Positions 45,834 through 51,329 of a stretch of 51,329 nt of DNA are shown here, piece by piece. Position 1 is the first letter of the stretch, and the number at the start of each line of letters is the position of its first letter. The stretch is from positions 1 through 51,329 of the forward strand of contig CAZESD010000003.1 in NCBI GenBank assembly GCA_964514945.1. The letters run 5' to 3'. Source of the DNA: Candidatus Hadarchaeota archaeon. Lineage in GTDB: Archaea; Hadarchaeota; Hadarchaeia; Hadarchaeales; Hadarchaeaceae. The position numbers were made by a program, and so were the translations under genes. Below the pieces are notes generated by a model. The model searched no databases and had not been told where the DNA came from. It saw nothing but the letters and a program-made list of their open reading frames with translations.

Positions 45834-46358
45834 ATGGTGGGTGAGATTTTGAGACCAACAAAAGCTGAATATTATTTGGAGATTGCGAAAGCCGTGTGTC
45901 TCAGATCTCCATGTTTGAGGAGAAAGTTTGGGGCCATCGTAGTCCGTGAGGATGCTGTGGTAAGCTCTGGATATAACGGCCCAGCCCGAGGAGTAATCAA
46001 CTGCTCAGAGGTTGGTTGTATTAAAGATGAGCTAGATTTGCCCCACTACTCGAGCTATGATGAATGTCCGGGGGTTCACGCCGAAGAGAACGCAATCGTG
46101 AATGCAGCGAGGCATGGAGCAAACGTTCTAGGCGGAATTCTTTACGTCTTAGGGCAAAATGCGAATGGTTCGCTAACTGAAGCTAAACCGTGTAATAGAT
46201 GCAAGCGGGTGATAATCAACGCTGGCATTAAAGAAGTTGTAATAAAAAAATCAGATGGAAGTATAGCAAAAATTGATGTCTCGGAATGGGCGAGCGAAGA
46301 TACCAAACGATATCTGGAGAGAATGGAAGAAGTTCGAAAAACAAAAAAGGGAAAATAA
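45834..46358 (+). CDS. Deoxycytidylate deaminase family
   Basis: SPCLRRKFGAIVV, GYNG, HAEENAI, PCNRC. Confidence 0.92.
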   Translation: MVGEILRPTKAEYYLEIAKAVCLRSPCLRRKFGAIVVREDAVVSSGYNGPARGVINCSEVGCIKDELDLPHYSSYDECPGVHAEENAIVNAARHGANVLGGILYVLGQNANGSLTEAKPCNRCKRVIINAGIKEVVIKKSDGSIAKIDVSEWASEDTKRYLERMEEVRKTKKGK

Positions 46359-46542
46359 TTCTAACAACCAAATTTTTCTCCCCTTTTGCTACCTTACCCG
46401 CAAAGTTTTTGGAAGATGCTTTGAACTCGTAACCTTGCTTAACCCAAGCGAAAATTCAAATACCTGAAATTCGATTAAAATTGGGCGATGACGAGAAGAG
46501 AATTATGCGACTTCAGATGAGCTAAACTTCCACCCGAGCCCT

Positions 46543-47454
46543 CTATTCTTGAAATTTCACATCGAGCTCCATCAGGTCGCGTGCCACGATTGTGTTAGGA
46601 AAAATTCGTTGTGCTTGTTTAAGGAGGATTGAATCATCTTTGTAGCGCGGACTCACGTGTAGGAGCACGAGTTGTTTCACGTTCGCCCGCTTGGCAACCT
46701 CCGCAGCCCCGCTTGGGGTCGAGTGGGCGCTTTCCGCTGCTTTGTCCGCAAGTTCGTCGGCGAGCGTGCAGTCGTGGATGAGCACGTCAGCATTGCGCGC
46801 GAGTTCGACAATACTCTCACATGGGCGGGTGTCACCAACATAAACGATCTTTCGTCCGGTTCGAGGAGAACCCATTACCTGCTCCGGTTTGACAACGCTT
46901 CCGTCGCGCAGCTTGATGCTTTTGCCCGACTTCAGACGGGAGAAATTGGGGCTTGGCTTCACGCCTAACGCAACTGCTTTTTCAGGATAAAACTTGCCCG
47001 GGCGCTGGTCCTCAACCAAAGCGTAGGCGAGTGATGGCACCGAGTGCTCGGCATTAGAAGTCAGGATGCGGTACTCCCGGCGCTTGACTTCCTCCTCCGG
47101 CTCCAGCTCGTGTACTGCTACCTCGAAGGTGAGGGTGTAGTGGGGAATTTGGAGGTATTTTTTAATACGTTCACCTTCGTCACGGGGGCAGTAAACTTCG
47201 AGCTTTCGCTCCCGGTCCATCAACGACATCGTCTGCACGAGCCCGGCGAGTCCAAGGAAGTGGTCGCCGTGCAAATGGGTTATGAAGATTGCATCGATCT
47301 TTTGGGGACTGAGCTTTGCTCTGATCATCTGGCGTTGCGTCCCCTCCGCGCAGTCGAAGAGCAGGAGTTCGCGTTCGTGCCGCAGGGCTATCGCGGGCAA
47401 TCCTCGCTGGGAGGTTGGGATGCTTCCGCTGGTCCCGAGGAAGATGAGTTTCAC
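46543..47454 (-). CDS. rnz: Ribonuclease Z
   Basis: FLGTSGSIP, FDCAEGTQ, ITHLHGDH, GDTRP, HST, HVSPRY. Confidence 0.96.
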   Translation of the reverse strand: MKLIFLGTSGSIPTSQRGLPAIALRHERELLLFDCAEGTQRQMIRAKLSPQKIDAIFITHLHGDHFLGLAGLVQTMSLMDRERKLEVYCPRDEGERIKKYLQIPHYTLTFEVAVHELEPEEEVKRREYRILTSNAEHSVPSLAYALVEDQRPGKFYPEKAVALGVKPSPNFSRLKSGKSIKLRDGSVVKPEQVMGSPRTGRKIVYVGDTRPCESIVELARNADVLIHDCTLADELADKAAESAHSTPSGAAEVAKRANVKQLVLLHVSPRYKDDSILLKQAQRIFPNTIVARDLMELDVKFQE

Positions 47455-47455
47455 C

Positions 47456-48487
47456 CTACTTCCTCCTGAATACGTAAATTCGCCTCGTCAAACTCCGGTG
47501 CACCCGCTGTTCGTGCTTTTCAATCGTCCGAAGTCCAGCGTTTACAGCCAACTCTTCAAGTTCAAGCTCCGCGGGCGAGGCGATACACGCATATCCCTTG
47601 CGCCGGAGCACCCCTGCGATTGAAGGTAACGCTTGTTCATAGAGCTCCTTCAGTTGGGCCCCAGCCGTAGAGGCTTGGCGACCGAATGGGGGATCAGTTG
47701 CGACGGAATCGACCTCGAGCGCCGGTAGCTTGCGGGCGTCTCCGACCATGAGCTGGAAGTCGACCACGCCGCTCGCCTCCAAGTTCTTTCGCGCCCCCTC
47801 AATCATCTCGCGATCGATGTCTATGCCAACGAGTTTCGCCCCGATTAGCCCAGCCTCGAGCAGGATGCCGCCCACACCGCAAAATGGATCTAATAGCATG
47901 CCACCTCGAGGGGCCCGGGCGAGATTGGTCATGCAGCGAGCGAACGTGGGCATAAGGGTACCAGGGTGGAATGCAGGTCTGAGCGTTGGCCTGCGTCGCG
48001 CGAACTGGCGTCGGTCCACCCTCGCGGCTGTTATCCCAAGCGCGCACCGCTCTCCAGTCAATACCCCCAAGAGCTCGATATCGGGGTGGGCTAAATCGAC
48101 CTTAAACTCGATCTCTTCCGCGATGGTGTTGGCAATAGTCTTAGCGAGTTTCAGCGTATCGATTCCGGGGGAACTCCGCTTCACGCGCTTCAGATGCACC
48201 GCGAAGCTTTTTCCATGGGGGATGAGATCCACGATATCGGAGCTTCCCACGGACTCGAGGATGTCCCTCTCACGAGCGCGGGCAGTGCAGAGGTGTACGC
48301 ATATCTCGCGGCACATCGCTAGACGCGAGGCGAGCACCTCCGGGCTAGCCTTTGTTTCAGCGACGAGCACTTGGTTGGGCTGTTCAAGCACCCGGTAGGC
48401 GCGGTGCTCGGCCTTGATTGCGGCTACTGCTTCAGCCGTTGGCAATGTTGGATGCTCGCCTGAGAGCACGAACATCAGTCTTTGCAT
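47456..48487 (-). CDS. tRNA (guanine-10-N2)-methyltransferase (THUMP + MTase, Trm11-like)
   Basis: Start revised to ATG 48487; LSGEHPTLP, RPAFHPG, LDPFCGVGG, ATDPPFGR, VHRSLTR. Confidence 0.9.
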   Translation of the reverse strand: MQRLMFVLSGEHPTLPTAEAVAAIKAEHRAYRVLEQPNQVLVAETKASPEVLASRLAMCREICVHLCTARARERDILESVGSSDIVDLIPHGKSFAVHLKRVKRSSPGIDTLKLAKTIANTIAEEIEFKVDLAHPDIELLGVLTGERCALGITAARVDRRQFARRRPTLRPAFHPGTLMPTFARCMTNLARAPRGGMLLDPFCGVGGILLEAGLIGAKLVGIDIDREMIEGARKNLEASGVVDFQLMVGDARKLPALEVDSVATDPPFGRQASTAGAQLKELYEQALPSIAGVLRRKGYACIASPAELELEELAVNAGLRTIEKHEQRVHRSLTRRIYVFRRK

Positions 48488-48488
48488 G

Positions 48489-49364
48489 TTAAAACCCTTG
48501 ATGGATAGCCCCTGCGATAAGGGGGGCAACTGAGACCACACTTGTCCGGTGCTCGATGGTGTCGGTGGCAATGACTGCTCGTACGCCTACCTTCAGAATC
48601 TTTTGGAGGGCATCTTCAGCGAGCACTGGATGGGTACAAGCCGCATAGATTTTGCGCGCGCGCTGGCGTCGAAGGATTCGTGTTGCCTCGATGATGGTGC
48701 CGCCCGTGCTAATAATGTCATCTACCAAAACCACATCCCGCTCTGCGACCTCGAGGTGTTTTGGTTGGATAGCGATCTTCTTCGGGGTCACTCTCCACTT
48801 CCCTAAGTAATCATAGTCGGCATTCAGCTCGGCAGCCACCCTTCGAACGCGCTCAAGTAATCCTTGGTCGATCCCTAGGATGACGGGGTCTTGAAGTTTG
48901 AGTTTGTCAAGGTATTGTCCTAGCAAGGGCGTCGCAGTGAGGTTGTAGGTTGGGATCGAAAAATTCTGTATGACTCCGTAATTATGCATGTCTACGGTGA
49001 GGAAGTCGTCCGCCCCCGCGTGCTCGATGAGCTTACAGATGGTGTGGACGCTTGTAGCTTCTCTTGGCTTGAATCGCTTGTCCTGCCGGGCGTATGTGAG
49101 ATAAGGAACGGCGGCTGTAACGTGTCGGGCCCCTAAATCCTTAGCGGCATCGATCAGCAGAAAGAGCTCGATGAGGTTGTCGTTCTGTGGATGGTGGGTT
49201 GACTGAACAATGACTACGTGTTTCCCCTCGAGTTTGGTGTCGAAACGCACGTAGAGTTCGCCATCGGGGAAGCGTTTTATCTCGGGGTTTAAAAGCGGGC
49301 ACTTTAGCTGTTTTGCAACTCTTGCCGCAAGCTTAGGTGATGCAGATCCAGCGATGATTATCAA
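48489..49364 (-). CDS. prs: Ribose-phosphate pyrophosphokinase
   Basis: RFPDGE, PYLTYARQD, VDDIISTGGT, CTHPV, TDTI. Confidence 0.95.
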   Translation of the reverse strand: MIIIAGSASPKLAARVAKQLKCPLLNPEIKRFPDGELYVRFDTKLEGKHVVIVQSTHHPQNDNLIELFLLIDAAKDLGARHVTAAVPYLTYARQDKRFKPREATSVHTICKLIEHAGADDFLTVDMHNYGVIQNFSIPTYNLTATPLLGQYLDKLKLQDPVILGIDQGLLERVRRVAAELNADYDYLGKWRVTPKKIAIQPKHLEVAERDVVLVDDIISTGGTIIEATRILRRQRARKIYAACTHPVLAEDALQKILKVGVRAVIATDTIEHRTSVVSVAPLIAGAIHQGF

Positions 49365-49406
49365 GCTATCCCTTGCGCAACTCTTTAGCGTGACGATTTA
49401 AAATAT

Positions 49407-50513
49407 GTGATTGGTGCTTCTATGTGGCGGGTCTTCAGACCTGACGCGGTGGCGGTGCTCCGCGACCGGAAGGCACGGAAGTCGCTTTCACGCTACTTTG
49501 CGGTCATGGAAGGCAAGCTCCCGGCACGCTTTTTAGTGTGCAAGCGCGTGCCAGCGAAGGTCGACTTTTCGGTAAGTGATGAGGAGCTATGGCGCGCCCA
49601 CGAGCGGGGGGTGAAGGAGTTTCGAAAGCTGCTCACGGATATTGACAAGGGCAAAACGAAACTCGAAAATTTAAAGCAACCCGGCCTCTCGTTGCTCGAT
49701 TTGAAAGTGGAGCTTGCCAAGCGGATTCTGCGTTCGTGTCACTTCTGTGAACGCAGGTGCGGGATTGATCGAACGGCTGGTGAACGAGGCTTTTGCGGAG
49801 TGAGCGAACGATCGAGGATAGCATCGGAGTTCATGCATCATGGTGAGGAGAGCGTCTTGGTGCCTTCCTATACCATTTTCTTCAACGGTTGCACTTTTCA
49901 TTGTCAGTTTTGCCAAAATTGGGATATCTCTCAATATCCAGACTCCGGTGTGGAAGTTTCGCCACAAACGTTGGCCAAGCTTGCTGAAGGCGCTCGAAGG
50001 AATGGCGCACGAAACGTAAATTGGGTCGGCGGTAATCCTGATCCTAACCTCCACACCATCTTGGCGGCTTTAAACGAGTGTAAAACAAGCATAGTATCAG
50101 TTTGGAATTCTAATATGTATTACAGCTTGGAAGCCGCAAAATTGCTGTTTGGCACGCAGGATGTTTACTTAAGCGACTTTAAATGGTATGATAACAACTG
50201 CGCGCTTAGATATTCGAAAGTACCTAAATATCTTGAAATGGTCTCACGGAATCATAGGCTTGCATTTGCGGATGCGGAGTTAATCATACGGCATCTTGTC
50301 ATGCCCGGTCACATCTCATGCTGTACCGAACCAATCCTAAAATGGATAGTGAAAAATTTGGGGCCGATGGTCAGGACGAACGTAATGAACCAGTATCGGC
50401 CTACCTATCTAGCGGATAAATATCCTGAGATAAATAGGCGCATAACCTCAGAAGAGTACGAGAATGCCCTAAGTATCGCCAAGGAAGTGGGGCTACAAAA
50501 TCTTGAACCTTAA
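49407..50513 (+). CDS. Radical SAM protein, PflX/COG1313-like
   Basis: CHFCERRC, HHGEE, GCTFHCQFCQNWDISQ, VGGNP, RHLVMPG, QYRP; alternative start 49422. Confidence 0.88.
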   Translation: MIGASMWRVFRPDAVAVLRDRKARKSLSRYFAVMEGKLPARFLVCKRVPAKVDFSVSDEELWRAHERGVKEFRKLLTDIDKGKTKLENLKQPGLSLLDLKVELAKRILRSCHFCERRCGIDRTAGERGFCGVSERSRIASEFMHHGEESVLVPSYTIFFNGCTFHCQFCQNWDISQYPDSGVEVSPQTLAKLAEGARRNGARNVNWVGGNPDPNLHTILAALNECKTSIVSVWNSNMYYSLEAAKLLFGTQDVYLSDFKWYDNNCALRYSKVPKYLEMVSRNHRLAFADAELIIRHLVMPGHISCCTEPILKWIVKNLGPMVRTNVMNQYRPTYLADKYPEINRRITSEEYENALSIAKEVGLQNLEP

Positions 50514-50631
50514 TTTTCCTAAAATGCCTGATGATAGTTGTCGTGAAATTACAAGTGTGAAAGCAAGGTTGGAAAAAAGGAATTTTGCACACCCTATAAG
50601 GCTTATTAAAAGGGCCATCCAAGGCTCGTCC

Positions 50632-51273
50632 ATGCAGGTCCACCAAATCGGCGGCTTGGGCTTCGACTCCAACATCTATCTAATAATCGACGAGGTCATC
50701 ACGCTCATCGACGCCGGAACAGGAATGAACTTCGAAACGGTCAAACGAAATTTGAGTAAGTTCAATCTAACAGCAAATGATGTCAAGCTCATCATCAACA
50801 CCCACTGCCACTACGACCACGTGGGAGGCGACCGCGATTTCATCGAGGCCTCAGGCTGTAAGGTGGCAATCCACGAGCTTGAGGCAGAGTTACTCCGAAA
50901 AGGCAATCGTGTCATCACGCTTGTGGGAGGGTTTGGCAAGAGGCTCGAGCCTATTGAGGTAGCGCGCGAGCTTCACGATGGTGATTGGGTCAAACTAGGG
51001 GAATTAACACTTAAAGTTCTCTACACACCCGGTCACACCCAAGGCAGCATAAGCCTTTACGAGCCCGAGCGAAAAATTTTGTTTTCCGGTGACACGCTTT
51101 TCTGCGGCGGCGTTGGGCGCACGGACCTGCCGACCAGCGACGGGAAAGCATTAACTAATTCGCTACGAAGGCTTGCAAAACTTGAGGTGGAGCGGCTTTA
51201 CCCCGGACACGGTCCGTTCGCAGAAAAGGGCGCACGCGGGCACGTGTTGGAAGCGCTCGAGCTCGTCGGTTAG
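50632..51273 (+). CDS. Metallo-beta-lactamase-fold hydrolase (glyoxalase II-like)
   Basis: Start revised to ATG 50632; THCHYDHVGG, TPGHT, SGDTLF, GRTD, PGHG. Confidence 0.9.
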   Translation: MQVHQIGGLGFDSNIYLIIDEVITLIDAGTGMNFETVKRNLSKFNLTANDVKLIINTHCHYDHVGGDRDFIEASGCKVAIHELEAELLRKGNRVITLVGGFGKRLEPIEVARELHDGDWVKLGELTLKVLYTPGHTQGSISLYEPERKILFSGDTLFCGGVGRTDLPTSDGKALTNSLRRLAKLEVERLYPGHGPFAEKGARGHVLEALELVG

Positions 51274-51329
51274 TGTTGGGCAATACCTCAAATAGTAAAT
51301 TGGCTAAATTCTACTGATTTAAATGGGAC

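Noticed and set aside
46359-46542. Possible gene scar (AWVKQGYEFK... on minus; IPEIRLKLGDDEKR on plus)
   Set aside because: Could not assign to any family I recognise
47730-48398. 222-aa plus-strand ORF
   Set aside because: Antisense shadow of the tRNA methyltransferase
1-51329. tRNA, rRNA, CRISPR array, IS element or integrase
   Set aside because: No T-loop/cloverleaf pattern, regularly spaced repeats, terminal inverted repeats or transposase motifs found by eye; a tRNAscan/Infernal run would be decisive

Overview
This is a gene-dense archaeal chromosome segment. Markers include FBP aldolase/phosphatase, TiaS, deoxyhypusine synthase, a TFB paralog, SepCysS, Thermococcus-type eL41 and GGTGA/GGAGG ribosome-binding sites. 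The gene mix is compatible with an anaerobic Hadarchaeota-like lineage (inference only). Main blocks: housekeeping/translation genes (1-15 kb); an 8-gene stand-alone Mrp/Mnh antiporter operon; an AT-richer accessory patch (21.4-24.8 kb); a complete argG-H-C-J-B-D-F operon; a methanogen-type sulfide-assimilation cluster ending in SepCysS; NfnAB next to glutamate dehydrogenase; and RNA-processing genes. I found no rRNA, tRNA, CRISPR array or transposase. Two systems stand out. (1) A candidate corrinoid uptake/salvage locus: an ECF S-component plus DUF4430 protein, divergent from an operon of a stand-alone asparagine-synthetase-like ligase, a radical SAM enzyme and a truncated DUF71/Dph6-like PP-loop gene absent from the ORF track. 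(2) An Mrp complex whose MrpD-type subunit has lost three central-axis lysines. Hand translation of short intergenic gaps also revealed an unannotated eL41 gene and several gene scars (carbamate kinase, DUF71, HEPN, and probably PstC, JAMM and HhH), a SAMP-like protein lacking its Gly-Gly tail, and an in-frame amber codon. All family assignments come from motif recognition by eye; no database searches were run.
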